Positions 48,700 to 59,429 of a DNA stretch of 64,000 nt are shown piece after piece (the first letter of the stretch is position 1; each line of letters opens with the position of its first letter). The position numbers were made by a program, and so were the translations under genes. The notes under the pieces are model-generated. The model had not been told where the DNA came from, did no database searches, and saw only the letters and a list, made by a program, of their open reading frames with translations. Source of the stretch: Bacillota bacterium (GTDB lineage Bacteria > Bacillota > Clostridia > Christensenellales > Pumilibacteraceae); NCBI GenBank assembly GCA_009780325.1, contig WRAF01000001.1:125048-189047 (forward strand). The letters run 5' to 3'.

Positions 48700-48731
48700 A
48701 ATGCTGGCAATTTATATTGTCGGCATTTTTT
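48700..48731 (+). terminator. rplS terminator
   Basis: ATGCTGGCAAT-loop-ATTGTCGGCAT plus a T-run. Confidence 0.65.
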
Positions 48732-48870
48732 AAAAAATACTAAAAAATTGATTGATTTTTGCAAATACTAATGTTATAATATCCATTAATTGTAAAAAAG
48801 GTTTTTGTATACTTCTTTATATTCAAATCTGTGAAGTATATTAAGCCATAAAATTTAGGAGTCTATACTA

Positions 48871-50571
48871 ATGAATTTTTTAACTTCATCTTTAAATGGT
48901 GGAATCACTTCAAACACTTTAGATGTTTTGTTGACTGTGTTTTTGGTATTGTTTACCATTGTTGTTACATTTATCGGTGTTTATGTTATCGCTACCAATG
49001 TCAATAGACAAAATATTGCTGAAAAGGGCGGCGTTGTTTTGGCGAAAAATGAAACAGGATTTAATGTGTCGCATGTTGTTCTTTTAATTATAATACTAGG
49101 TGCAACTATTCGTATAATTTTTGCTCTTTTAACCAATGGATTTTTAGGCACAAATCCATCAAATTTAGTAGCAACAAACAATAGAAACGGATTAGTCCAA
49201 TACTATGCTGCTATGCGTGACCTTTTTGCTGGACAACCTTTAGGTGTGCATGCAGAAGGAATTTATCCAGTACCATTTTTATTTTTAACTATATTCGGCG
49301 GTATAGCATCACTCTTTGGTCCAATTGTTGCTACTGATCCAAACATTGCCACTCAACTTTTATTTAGAATGCCTTTTATAATTTTTGACTTAGCAACCGC
49401 AATGCTTTTATATTTTGCAGCAAAAAAATATGCAAATCAAAGAGTAGGCTTAGGTCTAGTAATCATTTATGCCTTAAGCCCTATCTTTTTCTTTAGTTCA
49501 GGCATTTGGGGAAGCATGTTCTCTATATTGGCTTTCTTTATTGTGCTATCGCTTTATTTTATGGCTGATCGTAATTTTATAGGATTAACAATCGCTTTTT
49601 CTTTTGCTTTATTATCAGGACGTGATGCAATGCTTTTTTCTCCAGTTATTCTAGTATTTTTAGGTTATCACTTTGTTAAAGCAATTAAGGCAATTAAAGC
49701 AGACAAGCAAAGAGCAGAGGACTTAAAAAAAGTAAGAGGCAGAAAAGCGGTTAAAGCTGAAGAAGAAATAGAGGTTCTTAATAAGAAAAAATCGCTTATT
49801 TTTGAAAAAGATAAAGGGTTAGCTATCAGAATCCCCTTATATTTTATAGGTGCATTAGTGGGCATGTATATTTTAAGTCTGCCGCTTTTAGGTCCTATTA
49901 ATTTTAATCCACTAAGATGGTTTAGCGGGTTATTCATAACACCATTTGCAAGTGGGATGCAACATGTAACTACAAACGGAATGACAATATATAATCTATT
50001 TGGGCGCAATAACAGACCAGTATCAGATGCTGTTCCTCCTGCGGTTTATAGTATTTTGTTTTTTATTGTAGCTATTGCATTGGTTTTAACTATTTATATT
50101 TCTAAAAAAAATCGTGCAAACTTAGTGCTTGTTGCAAGTTATTTGGTGTTTACTCTATCAATTTTCTATATGGATTTTTCTGAGTTAAATTTAATTGTAG
50201 TTTTAGCAGGTTTATTATTGGCATTTATTTTTATTAAAGACAAACGTATTTTACAAGTATTTATGATGCTATCTGTTACTGTGTTAATCAATGCAAGTTT
50301 AGTAATGATGTCGGCGGGATATTTTGGAAATATGCCTCTATCATATTATTCAGGTTCTTATGCTACTACTCAAATAAGTGAAATGGGTGGTGCTATGGCT
50401 GCAGCAATAGTTATGAATCTTATTTTGACTGCTTTGACATTGTTAATTTTTGTATATAAAAGTTTTATTATATTAGATATTACTCTTGCTAATACAAGAA
50501 AACCATTTGTCACAAAACAAAGGGAAGTATTGCCGGTTTTAAGAGATTTTATTAAATTTCGCAAGAAATAA
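48871..50571 (+). CDS. large polytopic membrane protein (GT-C-like glycosyltransferase is only a guess)
   Basis: 566 aa with more than 10 TM helices and one long Lys-rich loop (KAIKAIKADKQRAEDLKK...). Confidence 0.4.
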   Translation: MNFLTSSLNGGITSNTLDVLLTVFLVLFTIVVTFIGVYVIATNVNRQNIAEKGGVVLAKNETGFNVSHVVLLIIILGATIRIIFALLTNGFLGTNPSNLVATNNRNGLVQYYAAMRDLFAGQPLGVHAEGIYPVPFLFLTIFGGIASLFGPIVATDPNIATQLLFRMPFIIFDLATAMLLYFAAKKYANQRVGLGLVIIYALSPIFFFSSGIWGSMFSILAFFIVLSLYFMADRNFIGLTIAFSFALLSGRDAMLFSPVILVFLGYHFVKAIKAIKADKQRAEDLKKVRGRKAVKAEEEIEVLNKKKSLIFEKDKGLAIRIPLYFIGALVGMYILSLPLLGPINFNPLRWFSGLFITPFASGMQHVTTNGMTIYNLFGRNNRPVSDAVPPAVYSILFFIVAIALVLTIYISKKNRANLVLVASYLVFTLSIFYMDFSELNLIVVLAGLLLAFIFIKDKRILQVFMMLSVTVLINASLVMMSAGYFGNMPLSYYSGSYATTQISEMGGAMAAAIVMNLILTALTLLIFVYKSFIILDITLANTRKPFVTKQREVLPVLRDFIKFRKK

Positions 50572-50594
50572 ATTTATCAAAAAATGAGAAATTA

Positions 50595-50638
50595 AAAACA
50601 CCACATTGCTTACAATTGTAAGCAATGTGGTGTTTTTC
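50595..50638 (+). terminator. intrinsic terminator
   Basis: A 20-bp perfect palindrome, AAAACACCACATTGCTTACA/TGTAAGCAATGTGGTGTTTT. Confidence 0.85.
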
Positions 50639-50662
50639 TTACAAATGTGAGAAAATACTATT

Positions 50663-50892
50663 GTGGACATACAAAGTCAAAATTTCTTTAAAGATATTTT
50701 AAAGATATTTTAAAGGATTTAAGAAATGATTTAGGAATAGGTCAAGCTGAACTTGCAAAAAAACTTAATGTGAGCAAGGGTATTATTAGCTTATGGGAAA
50801 ATGGCAAGCGAGAGCCTTCTATGTATTCTATTATTCAAATTGCTGCATTTTTTGATGTTACTACAGATTATTTATTAGGTAGAACTAATTAA
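50663..50892 (+). pseudogene. XRE-family HTH regulator disrupted by an 11-bp tandem duplication
   Basis: GTG-DIQSQNFFKDILK then a stop. After removing one TAAAGATATTT unit the frame continues as DLRNDLGIGQAELAKKLNVSKGIISLWENGKREPSMYSIIQIAAFFDVTTDYLLGRTN. Confidence 0.65.
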
Positions 50893-50921
50893 TACTAAAC
50901 TAAAGAAAAAAGGTAGGCATT

Positions 50922-52449
50922 ATGCTTTCTAGAATAAACAGCTTTGGATTAAACGGTGTTAAAGGATATAAAGTAGTGGTAGAAATTCATGCATCAAACG
51001 GTATGCCTAGGTTTGATATAGTTGGATTGCCTGATACATCTGTTAAAGAATCAAAAGAGCGGGTGACAAGCGCCATAAAAAACAGCGCTTTTGATTTTGC
51101 ACCAAAAAAATATACTATTAATTTGGCACCTGCAGACATAAAAAAAGAGGGGCCAATGTATGATTTGCCCATTGCTTTGGGTATTTTATCAGCATTAGGT
51201 CAACTAAGAGAAAAAATTGATTTATCTGATTTTATTATAATAGGGGAATTATCTTTAAACGGAGAAATAAGGCAAGTTAAAGGAATTCTACCTATAATTA
51301 TAGCGGCTAGAAGTGAAGGCATCAAAAATATAATAGTTCCAAGTGCCAATGCAAATGAAGCTTCTTTTGTAGATGGTGTTTCAGTTTTTGCTTTTAAACA
51401 TTTAAATGAAGTAGTAGAATTTTTCAAAGGCAATTTATTGCTTTGTCCAATTGAGCAAAAGGACATTGCATCGCATTTGACTTTAGAAGATAAATATAAA
51501 GAAGATTTTAAATTTGTAAAGGGTCAATATTTGGCTAAAAGAGCAATGGAAGTGGCTGCAGCTGGTTCTCACAATATTATTTTAATCGGGCCGCCCGGCG
51601 GCGGAAAAACAATGTTAGCAAAATGTTTGCCCTCAATTCTGCCTGATTTAACTGTATCAGAATCTTTGGAAACTACCAAAATCCATTCAATTGCAGGCAC
51701 ATTAGATGAAAATATCGGCATTATCACATCTCGCCCTTTTAGAACTCCTCATCATACTTCGTCAAGGTTTGCTTTAACAGGCGGAGGATTAGGTGCAAAA
51801 CCTGGTGAGGTGAGTCTAGCACATAACGGAGTGCTGTTTTTAGATGAAATGCCAGAGTATCCTAGATCTGTATTAGAAATCTTGCGCCAGCCAATAGAAG
51901 ACAATAAAATCACTATATCAAGGGCGGCAATTTCTGTTGAATATCCTGCAAATTTTATGTTAGTAGCATCCATGAATCCTTGTCCATGCGGGAATAAAGG
52001 CTCTAAAATAGATTGCGTTTGTACGCCAGCAATGGTACAAAAATATTTATCTAGGCTATCAGGACCACTATTAGATAGGATTGATTTACATATTGAAGTG
52101 GATAATGTTTCGTATGGATGAATTGTCTACTTCTCCTAATGCAGAACCTTCTGACAAAATAAAAAAACGAATTAATAAAGCAAGGGATATTCAGTTAGAA
52201 AGATTTAAAGATGCCAATATTTATTCAAATGGTTTAATGACTAATCAAATGGTAGATGAATTTTGTGTGATAGATAAAGAAAGTGACAATTTATTAAGAA
52301 ATGCTTTTAATAAATTAGGATTATCTGCAAGGGCATATATGCGTATAAGAAAAGTAGCAAGGACAATAGCTGATTTAGAAGAAAGCAAAGATATAAAATC
52401 AAAACATATCGCAGAAGCAATAGGATATAGAGCATTAGACAGAAGATGA
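50922..52449 (+). pseudogene. comM: ComM/YifB Mg-chelatase-like ATPase, frameshifted
   Basis: ORF 50922..52121 (...[17 protein letters not shown]) and ORF 52081..52449 (...[30 protein letters not shown]...) are contiguous ComM halves in different frames. The break is near 52116. Confidence 0.8.
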
Positions 52450-52499
52450 GGTTTAAAGTTCAAATCCTTATAATATAAGCTTATGGAAACAGTAAACAA

Positions 52500-53573
52500 A
52501 TGATTAATGAAAGCAAAGCATATTATTGGCTATCCTTATCAGGAGCAACGGCAAAAAGGTTAAATGCAATTTTATCCGTTTATTCTTGTTTAGAAATTTG
52601 GGAAAGATTGTCAACAGATATAGCTTTGCAAGACGCCTTTAAAGGTAAAGCTGCAAACCTATTAAAATTACGCAATATTGATTTTATCAATGAAAGTCTA
52701 AATAAAATAAAAAGATGCGGCATTAATATAATGACTAGGGCTAATGAAAATTATCCAAAATTATTAAATCAAAAAGAAGTCAGCCCTCCTATAGTTATAT
52801 ATTATAAAGGAAATTTGGATTGCTTAAAGAATGAGTGTATAGCAATTGTAGGAACAAGACAAGCCACTAGCTATGGTGCGGATGTTGCAAAAAAATTTGC
52901 TTCTGATTTAGTTGCAAATGGTATTACGGTAGTTTCGGGTTTAGCAACAGGAATTGACTCATTTGCACATGAGGCGGTTGTGAATGATAAAGGAAAAACT
53001 GTCGCAGTGTTAGGCGGTGGTTTTGATTATTTATCACCGTATGCAGTTTCGCTAGCAGAAAAAATAATAGGTGAGGGCGGAATCATTTTAACTGAGTATG
53101 CTCCGTCGTTTTTTCCTACTAAATATACTTTTCCTGAGCGCAATAGAATTATATCAGGCTTATCAAAAGCTGTCATAGTCATTGAAGCAGCTGATAGAAG
53201 CGGGGCATTAATAACAGCTTCTTATGCGATTGAACAAAACAGAGAAGTATATGCTGTGCCAGGCGGTGTAAATGCAATCAGAAGTGAAGGGTGTAATAAG
53301 TTAATTAAAAATGGAATGGCAGCTATGGTGACAAGTGTGGTGGATGTGTTGACAGATTTAAGGATTAATGTCAAAAAGACAAAAAAAACTGCTCTTACAT
53401 TGAATATTTTTGAGCAAAAAATTTATGATAAACTGATAGAAGGTACTACTCATTTAGATGATATAATACAGTTAGGTTTCTCATTGTCTGAATTAACCAC
53501 CATTTTAATTAATTTAGAAATGCGCCAAATAATAAAAAAACAAGCAGGAAATTATTATTCACTAGTGCTGTAA
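52500..53573 (+). CDS. dprA: DNA processing protein DprA (Smf)
   Basis: IAIVGTRQATSYG, SGLATGIDSFAHEA, PERNRIISGLS, SGALITA. Confidence 0.87.
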   Translation: MINESKAYYWLSLSGATAKRLNAILSVYSCLEIWERLSTDIALQDAFKGKAANLLKLRNIDFINESLNKIKRCGINIMTRANENYPKLLNQKEVSPPIVIYYKGNLDCLKNECIAIVGTRQATSYGADVAKKFASDLVANGITVVSGLATGIDSFAHEAVVNDKGKTVAVLGGGFDYLSPYAVSLAEKIIGEGGIILTEYAPSFFPTKYTFPERNRIISGLSKAVIVIEAADRSGALITASYAIEQNREVYAVPGGVNAIRSEGCNKLIKNGMAAMVTSVVDVLTDLRINVKKTKKTALTLNIFEQKIYDKLIEGTTHLDDIIQLGFSLSELTTILINLEMRQIIKKQAGNYYSLVL

Positions 53574-54764
53574 TGCTTTTGCACAAGCAGCAGCTGTAGA
53601 AAAAGCAATCTGCAAATTAAAACCGCCGCTTAGACCGTCAATGTCTAATACTTCGCCAATAAAGTATAAACCTTTAACAAGTTTGCTTTGCATAGTTTTT
53701 TTGTCAATATCTAAAATATCTACTCCGCCTCTAGTAATAATAGCAGTTTCAATATTTTCAAAATCCTTAATTTTTACAAGCGCACTTGATAGTGCTTTAA
53801 ACAACTTTTCTTTTTCATCAAGGTGCATTTTTTCTAGACTTTTATTTTTAGGCAAATTAAAAATATTAATTAACCAATTTGCTATATTTGCAGGCAAGTA
53901 TTTGCGAAACAGATAAAATGGTTTATCGGCTGCGCTTTTTTTCATTTGATAAACAAAGTCTTCTTTTTTCAAATGGGGAACAAAATTAATTTTTAAATAA
54001 TGATTAGATATTGTTTGTCCTTTAAATAAAGATGAACTTTTAAAAATAACAGGTCCGCTTACTCCATTTTTAGTAAACATTAAACTTCCTTTTTGTTTAG
54101 TTACCATGATATTATCTGTGCTATCTAAAATTTCAATCTCGCAATCAATGCTTGTTCCTTGAAAATTGGTTTTTTGATCAAACACCAGTCCGCACAAGCA
54201 TGCCCTAGGCTCAACTACCTTATGAAAAAAGTTTTTAGCAAATTTATATCCATCTCCATTTGATCCTGTTTTAGAATAACTTAAACCTCCAGTTGCTATG
54301 ACAACTATATCAAAGTAACGATGATTTGTGTTGCTTACAATTAAAAATTTATCATTGATTTTATTAATTTCTATTATATTAGTGCTAAATAAAAACTGTA
54401 CACCTTTATTAATAGCGCTCTTTAATAAAATATCTCTAATTTCTATTGCTTTGTTGCTAACAGGAAAAATTCTATTACTATCTTCAATTTTAATAGGGAC
54501 TCCTAGATTTTTAAAAAAATCTACAGTATCTTGCGAGCTAAAGCACGCTAAAGTGTCTTTTAAAAAATCTGCATTTTTACTTACTGATTTTAAAAAAATA
54601 TCAGGTGCCACTAGATTAGTAAGATTACATCTGCCATTACCTGTTAACAGCAATTTTTTTCCTGCGATTTCATTTTTTTCATAAACAATTACTTCATGTT
54701 TGCTGTCAATCATACAAGCACTCAATAATCCTGCTGCTCCTGCTCCAATAATTGCTATATTCAT
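53562..54764 (-). CDS. HI0933/BaiN-family NAD(P)/FAD-dependent oxidoreductase
   Basis: N-terminal IAIIGAGAAGLLSA, GRCNLTN, C-terminal GGFNLQ. Confidence 0.75.
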   Translation of the reverse strand: MNIAIIGAGAAGLLSACMIDSKHEVIVYEKNEIAGKKLLLTGNGRCNLTNLVAPDIFLKSVSKNADFLKDTLACFSSQDTVDFFKNLGVPIKIEDSNRIFPVSNKAIEIRDILLKSAINKGVQFLFSTNIIEINKINDKFLIVSNTNHRYFDIVVIATGGLSYSKTGSNGDGYKFAKNFFHKVVEPRACLCGLVFDQKTNFQGTSIDCEIEILDSTDNIMVTKQKGSLMFTKNGVSGPVIFKSSSLFKGQTISNHYLKINFVPHLKKEDFVYQMKKSAADKPFYLFRKYLPANIANWLINIFNLPKNKSLEKMHLDEKEKLFKALSSALVKIKDFENIETAIITRGGVDILDIDKKTMQSKLVKGLYFIGEVLDIDGLSGGFNLQIAFSTAAACAKALQH

Positions 54765-54938
54765 ATTTATATTATAAAATATTTATAATAATTTGTCATT
54801 CTTTTTTCTGTCACCAAACTAGGTTTCAATAAAAATAATTTACCTTAAATTGCATGCTGATTTTGCTTGCAATTTTTTTTGGATTAATGTAAAATTTTAG
54901 TGGATAAGAAAAATTTTTAAAAGGAGTTTAAGTTTATT

Positions 54939-55418
54939 ATGAGTGCATTTGTAGATACAGTAGAGCAAAAAGAACAGCTTGATGCAGTGTTATCAGATTT
55001 AAAGGTCGTCAAAGGGTCTTTAATGATTGCAATGCAAAAAGCACAAGAAATTTATGGATATCTTCCTAAAGAAATCCAAGAGCGCATAGCTGAAAACCTT
55101 TCTTTTCCACTTGAAAAGGTTTATGGCATTGCCACATTCTATTCGCAGTTCCATATTCACAAGCCTGGCAAATATAAAGTCGGCATTTGTATGGGTACAG
55201 CATGTTATGTTAGGGGGGCAGACCTTTTATTAAAGAGGGTTGAAGAAATCACGGGCATCTTAGCGGGACAAACTAGTGAAAATGGCTTGTATACAGTTGA
55301 AGCGACTCGTTGTATTGGCTGTTGTGGTTTGGCTCCGCTTATCACAGTAGGAGAAGAGGTTTTTGGTAATATTAATGCAGATGATGTAAACAGAATAATG
55401 GAAAATTATAAAGAGTAG
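54939..55418 (+). CDS. hydC: NuoE-like [2Fe-2S] subunit of bifurcating hydrogenase (HydC)
   Basis: 159 aa; CMGTACYVRG...CIGCCGLAP. Confidence 0.8.
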   Translation: MSAFVDTVEQKEQLDAVLSDLKVVKGSLMIAMQKAQEIYGYLPKEIQERIAENLSFPLEKVYGIATFYSQFHIHKPGKYKVGICMGTACYVRGADLLLKRVEEITGILAGQTSENGLYTVEATRCIGCCGLAPLITVGEEVFGNINADDVNRIMENYKE

Positions 55419-55538
55419 GCTTTTAATTATTTAAACATTAAATAAATTACAATTAGATTAAGTGTGAGAATAATTAAATACCTATCGTTAAAACAACTGT
55501 TGAATATTAATACAAAAAAATGGAGGAGAAAATATAAA

Positions 55539-57422
55539 ATGAAAACTTTGCAACAATTGCAAGAGATTAGAGATAAAGAAAAGATTCGCATGAGTATTAG
55601 AGAAAATACGGGGGAATGCGTACTTACTACTGTCAAAAAATCTGTACTTATTTGTGGCGGGACAGGCTGTGTATCAGGCAGTTCTAAAATCACAAGGGAT
55701 GAATTTAAAGCAAGATTAAAAGACCATAATTTAGAAAATGAGATTGAAGTAATCTTTGTTGGTTGTTTTGGTCTTTGTGCTAAAGGTCCCATTGTTATTA
55801 TTTATCCAGAAGGTACTTTTTATGAACATGTGTTCCCTAAAGATGTTGGTGAAATTGTAGACACTCATCTAGTGGGCGGACAAGTTGTTAAGCGTTTAGA
55901 AAATAAAGAAGCGTATGATGACGGGCGAAATAAGCCACTTTTTGAGACACAGTTTTATAAAGCACAGCAACGCATTTGCTTAAAAAACTGCGGACATATT
56001 GATCCTGAAAACATTGATGAGTATATTGCAATGGATGGGTATTTAGCATACCCTAAATGCGTAAAAGAAATGACTCCAGAAGGAGTAATTGATGTAATCA
56101 AGGCGTCTAATCTAAGAGGAAGGGGTGGTGGTGGTTTTCCTACGGGCAGAAAATGGGAAGTTACGGCTAAGGCTAAGGGCGATCAAAAATATATTGTATG
56201 TAATGCTGATGAGGGTGATCCAGGGGCATTTATGGATAGATCCATTTTAGAGGGTGATCCGCACTCGGTCATTGAGTCTATGATGATAGCTGGTTATGCG
56301 TGCGGTGCGACTATGGGCTATGTGTATATCAGGGCTGAATATCCTATAGCAGTTCAAAGATTATTAATGGCACTTCATCAAGCAAGAGAGTATGGTATTT
56401 TAGGTAAAAATGCTATGGGTTTAGGGCATGAATTTGATATAGAGGTAAGATTAGGAGCTGGAGCATTTGTTTGTGGTGAGTCAAGCGCATTGGTTACTTC
56501 AATTGAAGGACACAGGGGAGAGCCTAGACAAAAGCCTCCTAACTTAGCTGTTGAGGGGCTGTGGGGCAAACCTACTGCACTTAATAATGTTGAAACATTG
56601 GCAAATATCCCGCAAATTATTTTGAATGGTGCAGATTGGTATTCTTCTATCGGTAGTCCAGGTAACACAGGTACTAAAGTTTTTGCATTAGGCGGAAAAA
56701 TTGTCAATACTGGTCTTGTAGAAATCCCTATGGGGACGACACTTAGGACAGTTATTGAAGACATTGGCGGCGGTTGTATGAATGGCAAAAAATTTAAAGC
56801 AGCGCAGACTGGCGGTCCAAGCGGTGGATGTATTCCTGCGGAATTAATTGATACTCCTATTGATTTTGATAGTTTGACTGAAATTGGCAGTATGATGGGC
56901 AGCGGTGGACTTATTGTTATGGATGAGGACAACTGTATGGTTGACATTGCAAAGTTTTTCCTTGATTTTACAGTTGAAGAGTCTTGTGGGAAATGTACAC
57001 CTTGTCGTATCGGTAATAAAAGACTTTTTGAAATTTTGACTAGAATTTCAGAAGGTAAAGGTGAAATGAAAGATATTGACGAGATGCTTGAGTTAAGTGA
57101 ATACATTAAGCGTGATTCGCTTTGCGGATTAGGAAAAACTGCTCCTAATCCAGTTATTAGTACGATTCAGTATTTCAAAGATGAATTTATTGCACATATT
57201 AAAGACAAGAAGTGTCCAGCGGGTGTTTGTACTGCATTATTGCAATATATAATTGATAAAGAAAAATGTATTGGTTGTACACTTTGTATAAGAAAATGTC
57301 CGGTGGACGCTATTAAGGGTGAACTTAAAAAACCAGAAACATTTGAAGTCATTCAAGAAAAGTGTATTAAATGTGGTGCGTGTGAGCCAGCATGCAAGTT
57401 TAAAGCAATCTTAAAAGTATAA
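55539..57422 (+). CDS. hydB: NuoF-like flavoprotein subunit of bifurcating hydrogenase (HydB)
   Basis: The ATG at 55539 follows GGAGGAG. Motifs GRGGGGFPTGRKW, ESCGKCTPCR, and two C-terminal 4Fe-4S motifs CIGCTLCIRKCP and CIKCGACEPAC. Confidence 0.87.
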   Translation: MKTLQQLQEIRDKEKIRMSIRENTGECVLTTVKKSVLICGGTGCVSGSSKITRDEFKARLKDHNLENEIEVIFVGCFGLCAKGPIVIIYPEGTFYEHVFPKDVGEIVDTHLVGGQVVKRLENKEAYDDGRNKPLFETQFYKAQQRICLKNCGHIDPENIDEYIAMDGYLAYPKCVKEMTPEGVIDVIKASNLRGRGGGGFPTGRKWEVTAKAKGDQKYIVCNADEGDPGAFMDRSILEGDPHSVIESMMIAGYACGATMGYVYIRAEYPIAVQRLLMALHQAREYGILGKNAMGLGHEFDIEVRLGAGAFVCGESSALVTSIEGHRGEPRQKPPNLAVEGLWGKPTALNNVETLANIPQIILNGADWYSSIGSPGNTGTKVFALGGKIVNTGLVEIPMGTTLRTVIEDIGGGCMNGKKFKAAQTGGPSGGCIPAELIDTPIDFDSLTEIGSMMGSGGLIVMDEDNCMVDIAKFFLDFTVEESCGKCTPCRIGNKRLFEILTRISEGKGEMKDIDEMLELSEYIKRDSLCGLGKTAPNPVISTIQYFKDEFIAHIKDKKCPAGVCTALLQYIIDKEKCIGCTLCIRKCPVDAIKGELKKPETFEVIQEKCIKCGACEPACKFKAILKV

Positions 57423-57468
57423 TTCATGATTTTATTAGGCAACTACTAAATAAAGGAGAATAATTAAA

Positions 57469-59271
57469 ATGCCAACTAAAGCAAGTGCGAAACCAAAAGC
57501 AAGTACTAAATCTACAAAGGTAAAAGACATAAACTTAAAAATTAATAATATAGATATTAGTGTTCCTGCTGGCACAAAAATTTATGATGCGGCAAGAAAA
57601 GCAGGCTTTTCTATTCCTACATTGTGCTATTTAAAAGGAATCTGTAATGATGGATCATGCAGAATATGTGTTGTAGAAGTTAAGGGTGAAAAAAATCTTG
57701 TTACTTCTTGTTATGCTGCTGTTAGAGAAGGAATGGAAGTTTTTACTACTACTCAAAAGGTGTTAAAGGATAGAAAAATTACGTTGGAATTATTGTTATC
57801 TGACCATAAGGTAGACTGTCCTTCATGTCCGAGGGCAGGCGCATGTGAATTAAAAACATTATCAAATCAATATGGTTGTGATATGAATAGATATCCAGGC
57901 AAGAAAAATGAGTATCAAATTGATGATAGCAGTGGATTTTTAGTGCGTGACAATAACCGTTGTATTTTGTGCCGCAGATGTGTGCATATGTGCAATAAAA
58001 TTCAAAGCGTAGGTGTCATAGGTGTCAATCATAGAGGTTTTCATACTGATATAGGTCAAGCGTTTGAGGCTGAACTAAAAGATAGCCCTTGTGTTGCGTG
58101 CGGTCTATGTATTAATGTTTGCCCGGTGGGTGCATTAACTGAAAAGGATGATACTCAAAAGATATTGGATGCGATACAAGATTCGTCAAAACATGTAATT
58201 GTGGGGGTAGCTCCGGCAGTGCGTGTTGCCTTAGGAGAAGAATTTGGTCATCCAATTGGGACTGATGTAGAAGGCAAAATGATATCAAGCTTAAAGATGT
58301 TAGGTTTTGATAAAGTATTTGATGTTAGCATGGCAGCAGATCTAACTATCATGGAAGAGGGCACAGAATTACTTCATAGATTGCATGATGAAGATGCAAA
58401 ATTACCGATGATAACAAGCTGCTCTCCAGGCTGGGTAAACTTTGTAGAGTATTATTATCCAGAGTTATTGGGTCATATTTCATCATGTAAATCACCTCAA
58501 CAAATGTTTGGTGCAATCATGAAAACTTATTATGCTGAAAAATTTGAATTAGATCCTAAAAATATTTTTGTGGCAACAATTATGCCTTGTATCGCTAAAA
58601 AAACCGAAATTCTTAGAGGTAGTCAGGCAACGGCTGATGCTCAGGATGTTGATGCTGTTATTACTACTAGAGAGCTAGCTAGGTTAATCAAAAAAGCTTC
58701 TATTGAATTTAATAAACTGCCTATAGGTGATTGGGATAATCCATTAGGGGTAGGTTCTACGGCAGGTCTTATTTTTGGCACAACAGGCGGTGTAATGGAA
58801 GCATCCCTTAGGACATTGTCAGAAACTATCAATAAAAAACCTTTAAAAGATTTAGATTTTAAAAAGGTGCGTGGAATAGAATACATTAAAGAAGCTAGCG
58901 TTGATCTTGATGAGATTGGAAAATTAAATGTTGCTGTTGTTCATACTTTAGGTGAGGCAAGAAAAATTTTAGAGCAAATCAAAGAAGGCAAGTCAGAATA
59001 TCATTTTATAGAAGTAATGGCATGCTCAGGTGGGTGTGTAGGAGGTGGCGGTCAACCAATAGTTTGTTCGGATATTATAAATGATAATATAGATATTCCA
59101 TCAGCTAGGGCAAAAGCTATGTACTCTAAAGACAAAAAATCAGGCTCTAGAAAAAGTCATGAGAATCCTATCATTCAAGAAGTTTATCGTGAATATTTAG
59201 GTGAAGTTGGCGGCGACAAAGCTCATAAAATTTTGCATACTAAACATAAAAAAAGAATTAGGCATCCTTAA
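57469..59271 (+). CDS. hydA: [FeFe]-hydrogenase catalytic subunit (HydA)
   Basis: N-terminal ferredoxin-like clusters. H-cluster motifs: L1 TSCSPGW (variant), L2 MPCIAKKTE, L3 EVMACSGGCVGGGGQP. Confidence 0.9.
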   Translation: MPTKASAKPKASTKSTKVKDINLKINNIDISVPAGTKIYDAARKAGFSIPTLCYLKGICNDGSCRICVVEVKGEKNLVTSCYAAVREGMEVFTTTQKVLKDRKITLELLLSDHKVDCPSCPRAGACELKTLSNQYGCDMNRYPGKKNEYQIDDSSGFLVRDNNRCILCRRCVHMCNKIQSVGVIGVNHRGFHTDIGQAFEAELKDSPCVACGLCINVCPVGALTEKDDTQKILDAIQDSSKHVIVGVAPAVRVALGEEFGHPIGTDVEGKMISSLKMLGFDKVFDVSMAADLTIMEEGTELLHRLHDEDAKLPMITSCSPGWVNFVEYYYPELLGHISSCKSPQQMFGAIMKTYYAEKFELDPKNIFVATIMPCIAKKTEILRGSQATADAQDVDAVITTRELARLIKKASIEFNKLPIGDWDNPLGVGSTAGLIFGTTGGVMEASLRTLSETINKKPLKDLDFKKVRGIEYIKEASVDLDEIGKLNVAVVHTLGEARKILEQIKEGKSEYHFIEVMACSGGCVGGGGQPIVCSDIINDNIDIPSARAKAMYSKDKKSGSRKSHENPIIQEVYREYLGEVGGDKAHKILHTKHKKRIRHP

Positions 59272-59429
59272 ATTTAATTTTCATATCCCAATTTTTGCAT
59301 GCAATTTTTGTCGAAAGCTGGTATTAATCACTTGACAAGTCTTTAAATTAATGATAGAATTAAGTTGTTAAGAATCAATATTTTTTTAAAATTGTTGATT
59401 TAAAAAATAAAAAAAAGAGGTAATTATAA

